Shown in pieces: positions 13,140 through 25,611 of a stretch of DNA of 64,000 bases. Origin of the DNA: Octopus vulgaris (lineage: Eukaryota); NCBI GenBank assembly GCA_951406725.2, contig OX597814.1:201004001-201068000 (forward strand), written 5' to 3'. Position 1 is the first letter of the stretch. Every line of letters begins with the position of its first letter. The position numbers and the translations under genes were made by a program. The notes under the pieces were generated by a model. It ran no database searches. It saw nothing but the letters and a program-made list of their open reading frames with translations, and was not told where the DNA came from.

Positions 13140-14612
13140 CATCTGCGAAATCCACGGTTACTAAAACTGGAGATACGCTAACATTTCACCAGACTTCATT
13201 GATATTTTGGCCATTTATGTACTGAACGTGGCCAGTACGACATTGGGATGCCCTATCCAGGACACCCTTCAATGCTGCTTTCTGTATATTCCCTCCAAAG
13301 CCTTAAGTCCCCTTTTAATATCAGACCCATGCAATTCACCTCCACCTAAACGTCGCTATCCATAGATCTAACTCCCATCTGTTTCCTTTATACTCTTCTA
13401 TTAACTCTGCATATTATCTCACCTTCTTCTCTGTTGTTCCTTTTATCTTCCTCTGCTTTCATCTCTCATGAAACAGTTAACCCCATGAGGATTAAAATAT
13501 GTCGCTCTTGGCGCAAGAACTAGTTCAGTTCTCAAGGTAATGTTCACCACTTCAACAAGCTTTTCACCTGCTGTAGACCCTTAGCATTCTTGATTTGTAA
13601 TGACTAACCTCTACGCACTGCCAGAATACTTGATTGTACCTCCAGGCTTAGACTGAGAGAAGAGTGTCACAGCAAGACAACATATGGTCCAGAAAACCCC
13701 TCGATTTCTTGCACATCTCACATTTTTCAGTCGTCCATCTCATGCAATACATCTCATGTAGACCCATTTACAAACAGAATCGATCATGATGACATCACCA
13801 GTAGATCGTTCCACTTCTGATCCACTTCACCCTATACACACTGAACTCCCTGCTGCGTTGCTTTGTAGCCTTGTCTTCTCCCTTTCCGTCTCTCTGGCAT
13901 ATTTCAACATCATTTACTGTTTGCTCTTCCAGCTCTGCGTATTGGACCGCTGCTTCATAGCGAGAAAATCTGCACCGAAAAATCTCCTTTTTTTTCAAGC
14001 GTCAAGGGTTTTGTCTGCTGCTTCTTTCTTTGCTCTTATAATCACTTCGAATTTGAAGCCTCAACTTGACAATAATGTTATTCTCAAGCTCTCTCATCAT
14101 CCAAACTTACCGACTTAAAAATTTTCAATCACGAACGGCAGTTGCCATTTCTCAGAACAGCCAAATAGTGACATGGGATAATATTTCTGATACCCTCAGC
14201 CACTTCCTATGGTAATTGTTCATTTACTGCATACTCTCTAACCTGGTAATGGTTGCTTCATAATCAAGTGGCTGCCACACAACTCTAGTAGTAACCAGAA
14301 CTGACAACACCACATTCTCATCTTTCCATGGATCAATGTTCCGTCCATCGTCGTAAGCCACTTACTCGATTTCTCCTGAACTTTTATACCGCATTGTCTG
14401 CCATTCAGGCTGGCTTCATACTAACGGTTTAGATTCTTCACTCCTATTTCATGACCATGGGGTGTCCTCATCACATTAACTCCTGCTCTTCTTCACCTTA
14501 AATTTCATATTAGTGAAATCAGCTTCCAGTGCCTTTTCAAACTTCTTTCAGCCTGCTCTTCCCGCTTTCGTACAATTGTCAAATCATCCACGAAAGCTCT
14601 CAACGATGGCAT
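13140..14612 (-). mobile_element. Decayed HERO/NeSL-like non-LTR retrotransposon (RT C-terminus, CCHC knuckle, restriction-like endonuclease)
   Basis: Minus-strand peptides PSLRAFVDDLTIV and MKFKVKKSRS (RT), RKWLRV, EKCEMCKKSRGFLDHMLSCC..AWRYNQV (zinc knuckle) and GLTVS*E..YAELIEEY..VEVNCMG (RLE region), in the expected order. Confidence 0.75.
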
Positions 14613-14629
14613 TATTATTCATGTCAGTA

Positions 14630-15242
14630 AAGGCGGCGAGCTGGCAGAATCGTTAGCACACCGGCCGAAATGCGTTGCCGTATTTCGTCTGCCGTTACGT
14701 TCTGAGATCAAATTCCGCCGGGATCGACTTTGCCTTTCATCCTATCGGGGTCGATAAATTAAGGACCAGTTACGCACTGGGGTCGATATAATCGACTTAA
14801 TCCGTTTGTCTGTCCTTGTTTGTCCTCTCTGTGTTTATCCCCTTGTGGGTAGTAAAGAAATAGGTATTTCGTCTGCCGCTACGTTCAGAGTTCAAATTCC
14901 ACCGAGGTCGACTTTGCCTTTCATCCTTTCGGGGTCGATTAAATAAGTGCCAATTACGCAGTGGGGTCGATATAATCGACTTAATCCGTTTGCCTGTCCT
15001 TGTTTGTCCCCTCTATGTTTAGCCCCTTGTAGGCAATAAAGAAATAAGAATCGTTAGCATGCCGGGCGAAATGCTTAGCGGAATTTCGTCTGTCGTTACG
15101 ATCCGAGTTCGATTTCCACCGAGGTCGACTTTGTCTTTCATCCTTTCGGGGTCGATAATTAAGTATCAGTAAAACACTGGGGTTGATATAATCGACAAGT
15201 CCCCTTCCCTAAATTTCAGGCCTTGTGCTTATAGTAGAAAGG
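14630..15242 (+). mobile_element. Group C SINE trimer
   Basis: Full unit, then a unit restarting at GGTATTTCG (about 14863), then a unit restarting at GAATCGTTAGC with the alternative tail; flanks share ATTATTA..GTCAGT. Confidence 0.85.
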
Positions 15243-15607
15243 ATTATTACGTCAGTCATGATCCTTCAATATGCCCTGCATACGGGTCAAGAGTTTCATT
15301 CCTTCACAAACCGGGAATACCATTATTAAATGCGATAAAACCAACTGAATGTTGATTAATTTTCTCAGTAATTCGAATGAATTTTGGAGAGACGATTTAT
15401 ATGCCTTGAGTTGTCAAATATCAAGTACAGAATCTGTAATTTAACGATGGTTTAAAGATGGTACTAACCGCCAGTGAATAAGATGGCTATCGGTAGCTCT
15501 ACCTTTCCAAGGAATCAAACAAGATCTACCTTTCTAGGGAACAAAACAAAATAGGATTTCTGAGGGAAATGAAATTCGATTATTTAAAAAAAAACTAATT
15601 ATTTGCT

Positions 15608-15810
15608 CTTTACTCTTTTATTCTATTATTTGTTTCAGTCATTCGACTGCGGCGATGCTGGAGCATCGCCTTTAGTCGAACAAATCGACCCAAGGACTTA
15701 TTCCTTGTAAGCCTAGTACTTATTCTATCGGTCTCGTTTGCCGAACCGCTAAGTTACGGGGACGTAAACACACCAGCATCGGTTGTCAAGCCAAACACAG
15801 ACACACAAAC
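15608..15810 (-). mobile_element. Group A SINE 3' half
   Basis: Reverse complement of 1125-1296. Confidence 0.85.
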
Positions 15811-15853
15811 ATATACAAACATACGTAAATACCTGCATACATACATAAGTACA

Positions 15854-15854
<1 letters not shown>

Positions 15855-15928
<74 letters not shown>

Positions 15929-15978
15929 TTATCTATCTATCTATCAATCTATCTATCTATCTATCTATCATCTATCTA

Positions 15979-16015
<37 letters not shown>

Positions 16016-16078
16016 ATGTATGTATATATATATATATATATATATACATAGACACACACACATATATACATACATACA

Positions 16079-16114
<36 letters not shown>

Positions 16115-16255
16115 TATATATTTCATCGCAGTTCCAGAATATTTTGTCATAGTGGTTGTCATCGCTTTCGTCGTCAACGTCATCATCATCGTCATCACCG
16201 TCATCACCATCATCATCGTCATCATCCTTATCATCATCATCATCACCAATATCAT
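15855..16255. repeat. Compound microsatellite (TATC, TGTC, TA, CATA, CAT/CGT)
   Basis: Directly visible. Confidence 0.95.
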
Positions 16256-16989
16256 TATATCTTGACAAATGGTAAGCGAATATGCTTTGATCTCCAGAAA
16301 ATTCCTTAATATAGATTTTTGCACCAAGTAGCTTATATTTGGGTTTTACTTATGTCTGTCTGGACTCACTAATTGTGATGTACAACGTTCCAAGACGTAA
16401 ACGAGTCTGAGTGTTTGGTATGCTGATGCATGTAATCGCGTTAAATGGGAATGCTGGAAATTGTTGGTGCAACATACTGCACTTCTGCATGTGTAAACAA
16501 CCTTTACTTTTAAGCATTTACGTTTTTATTTCTGTACAGCCTATTATAAAATGGCGCTGTTATTTCAACGTCTCTGACATGTCAATTGCCTGTGAGAACA
16601 CAAACACTGCTCTAGTTTATGTGTAATCACGGCTCTATTCTTGAGTCGTGTCCTAGTGAAGCTTGTTTGCGTCAGATGGCCAAAGAAATGAATTTCAAAA
16701 CTGGTCAGAAATATTATTTCAACTCAACAAAAGTTTGATCTACTTAGACCATAAAATAGGAGAAATTAAAGTACAAAATAGTCTTTCTGTTATATACAAT
16801 ATTCTTTTGAAGATTGTATTCATATATCTTTTAAATAGAATTATACAAAAACTACGAGCTTTCGTAAGGTAGGAGTATAAGTCTGTCTTTTAAGAAACAG
16901 CTGAATAAAAAAAAGGAATAGAATAAAGTCGAAAGGAAGGAATACAAAGTAAGATTAAACCATAAAAAGGAAGAGAAGGTAGTTTAAAT

Positions 16990-17090
16990 TTTATACCTGT
17001 ATACAGGTATTTATCATACGTATTTACACCTGTATACAGGTATTTATCATACGTATTTACATCTGTATACATGTATTTATCATATGTATT
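16990..17090. repeat. 33-bp tandem repeat x3
   Basis: Unit TTTACACCTGTATACAGGTATTTATCATACGTA starting at 16990, 17023 and 17056. Confidence 0.9.
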
Positions 17091-17774
17091 CCTTTCCTTA
17101 AGTCACTAATATTTTCTCGACAAAGTTTCTGTGTTTTTAACGCTTTCACTGTGCGTTTTATTCGTGTTTAGGTTTTAAATAATCTCTCATAGGAATATAC
17201 AGAGAACATTATTTGGGAAACTCAACCATTAAAACAGCTGGTCCACAGCCTATAGAAAATAATGGGTTTCAATAACTATCTAGGAGTATAGATTCAGAAA
17301 ATAAAACGTTAAGCAATACTGCAAGGCTTGTGTTAGGTTTGGTGAATGAGATTACCTAGAGCGAGATGCAGGAAAATAATTCACTTAAAAACAATTTCAA
17401 AACCATTGTTACATAATTCTGATTACGATGGGAAATATTTGCAGATGAGGAAAATAGTTTTCTGGTGTTGAAAACATAAGTTGTGCCATAAAAAATAGAC
17501 TGCTGTACACAGAGTATCTCATGCAGCAAAATTCATCTACAGCGGCGACGTGGACCAAGAATAGTAACAGGACTATGGTATGAATTTTTAAAATAGTAAC
17601 ATATAGATATATATATAGTTCAACGTGTACCATTTGAAAGATCCATACTGGTGAAACTGTACAGTAATTGACGATTAAGTATCCTATTACACATTTTAAT
17701 ATATACACTATGTTCTCTCACATTATATGTACATATACACACACATATTTATAGATAGATATATTATAATAAAC

Positions 17775-17849
17775 ATAATAGCAAATATATCCCAAGGAGT
17801 ATATAATATATAATAGGTAATATACCCCTTGGGATATATTTTCTATTAT
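17775..17849. repeat. 30-bp inverted repeat
   Basis: Arms 17775-17804 and 17820-17849, 28/30 complementary. Confidence 0.85.
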
Positions 17850-18563
17850 ATATTACGCAGTGATCTAAAACGTACGTATTAAATGCTTTCAAAATATCAT
17901 TATTTGGTTTGACTCCATCATTGTAATTTATACAACTTGATGCCAGTACAACTAGCCAGTCCCGACTTCATTTACGTAGACATGCTAGCAAGGATTTGGA
18001 ATTGTTTGTTCTTTTTGATTCGAGCCGAAAATGTTGGTAACGTGACGTGCGTCTCTTTTAGGCAAACACGAAATATAGACGTGTGTGTGTGTGTGTGTAT
18101 TAGAATTTGTGTTTGAAATAGCTTAAATAGTATAAACATTATAAATATGACATAAGTTATGAGCTTTATTAAATGTTGGGAAGCTACGGTGCTTCGTCTC
18201 AGGGGAGACCCTTTTAAAAATGCATTGTGTTTAAAAATACAGTATATCTCAAAGCCAGGCGAAACGAAATCATTTTTACGTTATTCATATACATACCTCT
18301 AGAAATGGATAATTTCGGAGATGGAAGTGTCTGGCACTAAAGAGCGGAAATAACCGCGAAATAATGATATATGTGTCACTAGCTTCCCTTCAGGTTCGAT
18401 TCGTTTTATCTAGTTTTGAGGAATGCTGTATTTTTAAATGCAATACGTCTTTAAAAAGGTCTCCTTTGGACGAAGTGTCGTAGTTTCACAGCGTTTAATA
18501 ATGCACATATACTGAGTATGTCATATGGATAATATTTACATACATACACGTACACATATACAC

Positions 18564-18612
<49 letters not shown>

Positions 18613-18950
18613 CATAAATTCTCTAAATTGTTTACCGTTCAAGCTGCGGTCATGCTGGGGTACCCACCCCCGCCACATACATGCACATGCACATTTCAAT
18701 ATCACACTCTTTGTATGTCCTTCATGCAAAAAGGAGGGTGGTCATTGTTGGCAACAGATAGCAATAGTTTAGACTTTCTCCCTCTTCTTGTAGAGTTGAA
18801 ATCCGACGTACTAAACATAAATTTTCATTATATCTATCTTACTGGGAAATCGATCATATTAATGTTAAAATTAGACTTGTATCTACGTGAGTTAATAACG
18901 TTGCACTTTATTAGCTGAATGGTCAGTGCGACGTCCACTTACTGACTGTG

Positions 18951-19351
18951 TTATTCTTTACTCTTTTACTCTTTTACTTGTTTCAGTCATTTGACTGCGG
19001 CCATGCTGGAGCACCGCCTTTAACCGAGCAACTCGACCCCGGGTCTTATTCTTTTGTAAGCCCAGTACTTATTCTATCGGTCCCTTTTGCCGAACTGCTA
19101 AGTAACAGGGACATAAACACACCAGCATCGGTTCTCAAGCAATGCTATGGGGACAAACACAGACACACAAGCACACACATGCATATATATACATATATAC
19201 GACGGGCTTCTTTCAGTTTCCGTCTACCAAATCCACTCACAAGGCTTTGGTCGGCCCAAGGCTATAGTAGAAGACACTTGCCCAAGGTGCCACGCAGTGG
19301 GACTGAACCCAGAACCATGTGGTTGGTAAACAAGCTATTTACCACACAGCC
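18951..19351 (-). mobile_element. Group A SINE
   Basis: Near full-length reverse complement of 831-1296. Confidence 0.9.
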
Positions 19352-19564
19352 GAGGACACATAGAACCAGTAGAGAGTTAGTAGAGAGAGAGAGAGGGGGT
19401 GAGAGGGAGAGAGTGAGATTGAGAGAGAAGAGAGAGAAAGGGTTAGAAAGAAAAAACAGGGAGATATACTTTACCAACCTTACGTGGCCTAGATTTATCA
19501 CATGCAGTTAACATCATTAAAGGTATTTAGATGACCATATGGCTTAACAATGTTAGAAACAACA

Positions 19565-19947
19565 TCTTTATATATAAAAGTGAGGTTGTGTGCTGTCTGT
19601 CTCCTACGATTTAGATTCCTAACTACTCCCACATTTTGCGGTGCAGTTTAACCAAAACCGGGTATCTTATATTCGTGATTCATATCGAGCCCTTCTGGGT
19701 ATTAGCGCGCGTCTACGATGAGTCTACGATTTAAAAAAAAATTACCATCAATTTTTCCCATTTTTAATGCATTTTTGGCATATATAAGGGAAGTAACTCT
19801 CTAAAAATTTATTATTAAATCTCAGAACGTAAAAAGCTACAGTATGGCTATTATACTACAGAGATGGCTATTATACTTTACATCTCTAAAAATGCTTATG
19901 TAGTTATTTCCCTTACAAACCCGAGCAACGCCGGGCGATACTGCTAG
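19565..19947 (+). mobile_element. Non-autonomous Helitron
   Basis: Starts TC after A and ends CTAG before T; subterminal hairpin CCCGAGCAACGCCGGG; no TSD; second copy at 50721-51118. Confidence 0.85.
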
Positions 19948-20139
19948 TTATATATACAGAAAGATAGTTACTGCCAGTGAAAGGTTTTAATATATAGACA
20001 TCAAATTTAGTCAATAGAGTAACCACACCCTTTCGTGACACTGTTTCTAACGATATACACGTTCTATTTCAAATTATTTTGAAAGCAGTTTGGAGAAATA
20101 TTTCCAATATTCTGTTATCGATTTCACCAGAAGATGTGA

Positions 20140-20520
20140 TAATGCTGGGACCGTTGGTGTTAATTAGTGTTAATGATTATTTATTTTAGACTCACTTCTC
20201 TACTTATCTCCGGAATCGGTTTTGGTGAAAGAATGATTGGAACAAAGTTCTCTTTTTTGCGTTTCTTGTGTGATACTGGTTCATCTGGAGTATCAGATCA
20301 AAGCTAATTATTCTTTGAATACATCCACATCTACACCTCCAGCATCTCTGAGGTGTTTTGGCCAAGATATTGAAAAAGTTGCGGGTACTTTAACCCTAAG
20401 CTCGTAGAGTATTGGATCCTTATTTTGGACAGAAAAGCAGAATCATTGTTATTATGCAGCAGCGTCCAGTCTGGTGATTGGTATAACTTTCCCAGAAGTT
20501 GAATGCAAGAATTTCCACGA
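20140..20520 (-). mobile_element. Decayed CR1-group LINE 3' fragment
   Basis: Peptides SLGLKYPQLF and LRDAGGVDVDVFKE match the copy at 49525-50000. Confidence 0.65.
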
Positions 20521-20526
20521 TCTTCG

Positions 20527-20567
<41 letters not shown>

Positions 20568-20568
<1 letters not shown>

Positions 20569-20777
20569 TTTTACTCTTTTACTTGTTTCAGTCATTTGAC
20601 TGCGGCCATGCTGGAGCACCACCTTTAGTCGAGCAAATCGACCCCGGGACTTATTCTTAGTAAGCCCAGTACTTATTCTATCGGTCTCTTTTGCCGAACC
20701 GCTAAGTGACGGGGGACCAGCATCGGTTGTCAAGCAATGCTAGGGAGACAAACACACACACACAAACACACACACAT

Positions 20778-20808
<31 letters not shown>

Positions 20809-20980
20809 CATATATATGACAGGCTTCTTTCAGTTTCCGTCTACCAAATCCACTCACAAGGCATTGGTCGGCCCGGGGCTATAACAGAAGACACTTGCCC
20901 ACAATGCCGCACAGTGGGACTGAACCCGGAACCATGTGGTTGGTTAGCAAGCTACTTACCACACAGCCACTCCTGCGCCT
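20568..20980 (-). mobile_element. Group A SINE, full length
   Basis: Reverse complement of 831-1296. Confidence 0.92.
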
Positions 20981-20987
20981 TGTATAT

Positions 20988-21228
20988 ATATTTTATAATT
21001 ATAAACATAATTATAATTAGGGTTCAGCTAATTGCTTCACTAATTTAGAAACAGGAGTTAAAAATTCCTTTTCTACTACTGTAAGAATCTCCATGACAGT
21101 AATTGTTACTGCCATGGAGATTCTTACAGTAGTAGAAAAGGAATTTCTAACTCCTATTTCTAAATTCAGTATGTGGTGAAGCAATTAGCTGAACCCTAAT
21201 TATAATTATGTTTATAATTATAAAATAT
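20988..21228. repeat. Long fold-back palindrome (arms about 115 and 123 bp, 3-nt loop)
   Basis: Arms 20988-21102 and 21106-21228 are complementary apart from a few mismatches and one roughly 8-nt indel. Confidence 0.95.
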
Positions 21229-21822
21229 TTGTATAATTTTACCTCTAACGGTTATTTTAACGTACCGATCTACTTGGTAAAATTATTAATTAATTGATTG
21301 ATTAATTAATTAATTAATTGATTGATTAATTAATTAATTTAATTGATAAATTTTACCCTTTTATTATTATTATTAATATATATATTAACCGTTCGTTATA
21401 TCAATCAACACATATATACCGACACACCATTTCGCTTTCATGGCCGTTAAGACGGAAAGTTGCCGATGCGTAATGTTGTTCCCATTAGGATATAAATTAT
21501 TCATTTATTTCAAATTCAATAGAAATAAGATGATCTTAGTTTTATCATATTAAAATTAAAAGTGAAAGAATAAAAGTGAAACAATATTATATAACATTAC
21601 AATATAGATCTTATTCTTTCACTTTTGACAGGTAATACCGAACCAGTGGCAATGTTGTATTGTTTTAATCCAAATGAAAAAATATTACATGTTGACACTC
21701 ATGGGGTCTGATGGTATTACTTTGTAAAATTTTATTTGATTTGGTTGTGCCGTTTGAGAATGCATAGGGAACAGACAGATAGAAATATATATATATACAC
21801 ACATGTATGTATGTGGATGGAA

Positions 21823-22200
21823 GCACTCCGTCGGTTACGATGACGAGGGTTCCGGTTGATCCGAATCAACGGAACAGCCTGCTCGTGAAATTAACGTGTA
21901 AGTGGCTGAGCACTCCACAGACACGTGTACCCTTAACGTAGTTCTCGGGGATATTCAGCGTGACACAAAGAGTGACAAGGCCGGCCCTTTGAAATACAGG
22001 TACAACAGAAACAGGAAGTAAGAGTGAGAGAAAGTTGTGGTGAAAGAGTACAGCAGGGATCACCACCATCCCTGCCGGAGCCTCGTGGAGCTTTAGGTGT
22101 TTTCGCTCAATAAACACTCACAACGTCCGGTCTGGGAATCGAAACCGCGATCCTACGACCGCGAGTCCGATGCCCTAACCACTGGGCCATTGCCCCTACA
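21823..22200 (-). mobile_element. Group B SINE (head B1 + tail T1), well preserved
   Basis: Reverse complement of 229-608 with an intact GGTTTCGATTCC B box. Confidence 0.9.
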
Positions 22201-22238
22201 CACACACACACACATACACACAGACACACAGACAGACA

Positions 22239-22304
<66 letters not shown>

Positions 22305-22429
22305 CATACATACATATATAAAATTCTTTGTCTCTGTCTCTCTCTCTCTACACACACACATATATACATATATCACTACATATACTACACATTCGCGGCT
22401 TCTCTCTTGGAAGTAGACCCTCAATTGTA

Positions 22430-22830
22430 TATTTAATATCTCTCAGTAGTTCATTTTTTCCATCGAGGCAATCTTCTTAGTTTAGTAGCGTTGGATTCCC
22501 ATGAGTTCTGTAAATTTGATGCTTTGCGACATCCATAACTGGGAGCAGTTACCCAAGTGACTGAGCGCCAATGTTTTCTATGGGAGCAACATGGTTTCCT
22601 TTTCCCGACTTCTGAATGATGTGAGGGTCCAACCATTCAGTCATCGGTCATTGTTGCCGTCATTGTGATATGCCCACCAAATGGTGCATCGTATCTCATG
22701 TGGATATCCAACTCATAAATCGACTCCGACTTCGGGCATTGCAATACCTTCTGGTCCAGTGTATTCTGATTGAAATCGGTTTGTGTGGAGGTAGCAGAAT
22801 GTTTGAAACGTGTCAGCATTGAAATTCAAG
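22430..22830 (-). mobile_element. Decayed CR1-group LINE RT fragment
   Basis: Frameshifted peptides FNADTFQ..YTGPEGIA, ESIYELDIHM and LALSHLGNCSQLW..IQRY*TKKIASMEKMNY correspond to the FNxxKF, RDLGI and HLEYCSQLW motifs of CR1-group RTs. Confidence 0.75.
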
Positions 22831-24244
22831 CTAAAATTAATTTATGTTTGTAACATAACTTAACAAACAATTTTTGTATGGTATTATGATTGAAAGTATT
22901 AATTTCCCAATGAAGTATTTAAAATAACTGGTCTTGTATTTACGGTTAGTTTCAGGCAAGTTGGTATGTAAAGGGCTTCAAGACTCTCACAAAAGACTCC
23001 GAGATTAGTACTGCATACCCACAATAAAACTAAACTACCTACACGTAAATCCATCCATTAAATGCTTCATTTAATCAGCTACTGCATCACCTTAGGGATA
23101 TTTTTTTTCATATATTGTAAAGCGTTCGCATCCTTCTTCCCCCACTATTCTAGTAAAACATCTTAAAGAAACTCGATATTTTGATTTCTAACATAAGCAC
23201 GAGGCTTCAAAATTACCATGAAGAAAACACGAACGAAAACTGAAATATAAAGTGAAAGTTATTGTTTCATGACAAAAAAAAAAAGAAAAGATTTTCATAG
23301 GAAAATGTCGTAAACGGTTTTCTAAAAGCTATCATCTTGATAAAATGTCAATTTAAGAAAAAGCCGTTTGTTCACACTAAATTCTTGATATGAAACAACG
23401 AAATTCTATAAGAGTCATAAATAAAATCATATTATAAAAGAGAACAAGCAGGTGTGTGATTAAAATGTCGTAATATATTCTAACATAGGCGCACATGTGT
23501 GCATATGCGCCTATATACAGATGTATGTGTGTGTGAGAGTATATCTATCTATCAATCTATCTATTACACACATATATATTATATAAGCATGTATATGTGT
23601 ATGTGTGTGTGTGTGTGTTTAGATAGATGAAAGTATAAAAGTCACAAAAATAATGTGTGTAATATGAAACAAAGAGGAGTGAAACAAATAGTATATGGAA
23701 TTAGACAATTGAAAATACATGACTGATTAAATGTAGAAATAAAAAGCACAAAAGCAACAATCAAAAAAGTGTACACTAAAGATTAAAAGTGCCAAAGGAA
23801 GAAACAAATGTGAATCGTATGTTTCGGGTGATACCTTTATCAAAGAGAAGATAAAAGAAATAAGATAACAAAAGAAAGAGAAAAAAATAGATGATACCGG
23901 ATTAAAGACATCTGTGTATAAGTTACGTTTGAAGTAGTTCACCGAGTATTATTCGATTATTTGTTTGTTTATCTCTTCATAATATTTCTTGTGTTATCTG
24001 CGTAATTAATTGAGTAATTTGTATTTATTTTATCCTTCACGTTCTTAATCCTACGCGGAATAAGTGGCTGCTACATTGTAGATTAACCAGAACGACTATA
24101 TATATACATACACGCATGAATGTACATCCATCCATACAGTCATGCATATACATACATGTAACATTATATATTTCATTATACTGGTTATTATATATTATAT
24201 ATACCAGTCCACGAACATAACACCAGTGCACATTTCCATAGGTC

Positions 24245-24570
24245 CTACCTGCAGCATCTGGAGAAAAGACGAAGTACTCTAATAGCTAGGGATTCAAAAG
24301 CCCAAACTGTTTAATATCTTTCCCCCCCCCCCAAAAAAAAGGAAAAAATTACGAGATCTACATGGGTTTGTGGTTGATGGTTTCAAGAAGCACCTTGATC
24401 TTCTGCTGTCGAAGATCGCAGACGAACTTACATCACGGCAAGAAACTAAAAACATGCAGCAATATCAAAATTCGTTCTTCACCAAAAAAACCAGCCTCAT
24501 GAGAGTGGTCATTGAAAATGTGATAATACTGGCAGAGATCCAGCATGGCACCACCTTTGGGTTGAAACGC
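24245..24570 (+). mobile_element. CR1-group LINE 3' end
   Basis: DGFKKHLDLLLSKIADELTSRQET followed by the CCAGCATGG..TGAAAC tail. Confidence 0.75.
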
Positions 24571-24650
24571 CTGGAGGAATAAAAAATAAAGAATATATGA
24601 AGAATATGTATGTGTGCCCGCTTGTGGGCGTGTAAGAATATGGATATACA

Positions 24651-25047
24651 TATTCTTTTACTTGTTTCAGTCATTTGACTGTGGTCATGCTGGTGTACCG
24701 CCTCTAATTGAACAAATCGACCGCAGGACTTATTCTTTGAAAGCCTAGTACTTATTCTATGTCTCATTTGCCGAACAGCTAAGTTATAGGGACGTAAACA
24801 CACCAACATCGGTTGTCAAGCGATAGTGGGGGACAAACACAGACACACACACAAATACGCACACAGACACACACAGATACACACGATGGGCTTCTTTCAG
24901 TTTCCGTCTACCAAATCCACTCACAAGGCTTTGGTCAACCCGAGGCTATAGTAGAAGACACTTGCCCAAGGTGCCACGCAGTGGGACTGAACCAGGAACC
25001 ATGTGGCAGAGAAGCAAGTTTCTTACCACACAGCCACGCCTTCGCCT
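24651..25047 (-). mobile_element. Group A SINE, full length
   Basis: Reverse complement of 831-1296. Confidence 0.92.
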
Positions 25048-25194
25048 ATATATGTTATAATTTAGAACAAACATTAAAAGGTTGTCATTATAGTACTTCC
25101 GAATGTCGGAGCGAAGAGCTACGATGCATTCTCGTCGGCTATTAATGGCATATATAAATAATTCTCTATCTAATATCGAGGTCTCATTCTTTTT

Positions 25195-25267
<73 letters not shown>

Positions 25268-25278
25268 CGTTGTTGTTG

Positions 25279-25319
<41 letters not shown>

Positions 25320-25330
25320 ATAATAATAAT

Positions 25331-25384
<54 letters not shown>
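25195..25384. repeat. (TTG)n(TTA)n(TAA)n(TA)n microsatellite
   Basis: Directly visible. Confidence 0.95.
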
Positions 25385-25385
<1 letters not shown>

Positions 25386-25610
25386 GAGGCGCAATGGCCT
25401 AGTGGTTAGGGCAGCGGACTCGCGGTCGCAGGATCGCGGTTTCGATTCTCAGACCGGGCGTTGTGTGTGTTTATTGAGCGAAAACACCTAAAAGCTCTAC
25501 GAGGCTCCGGCAGGGGTGGTGATCCCTGCTGTACTCTTTCACCACAATGGCGGTTCCCCAGCATGGCCACAGCTCAAGAGCTGAAACTGGAAAAAAAAAA
25601 AAAAAAAAAT
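25385..25610 (+). mobile_element. Chimeric SINE: group B head (B1) + CR1-group 3' tail + poly(A)
   Basis: B1 head runs to ..TTCACCACAA, then TGGCGGTTCCCCAGCATGGCCACAGCTCAAGAGCTGAAACTGG(A)n. Confidence 0.8.
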
Positions 25611-25611
25611 A

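Noticed and set aside
22451-22819. Two in-frame minus-strand ORFs separated by a single TGA (possible selenocysteine or read-through gene, or an exon after TTTTAG)
   Set aside because: Frame-stitching shows a decayed CR1-group RT; the ORFs are partly off-frame relics.
23811-23850. Hammerhead-like layout on the minus strand (TTGATAA..GAAAC), with similar traces near 46500-46550 and 63825-63855
   Set aside because: Too many core mismatches and no convincing stem I or cleavage triplet.
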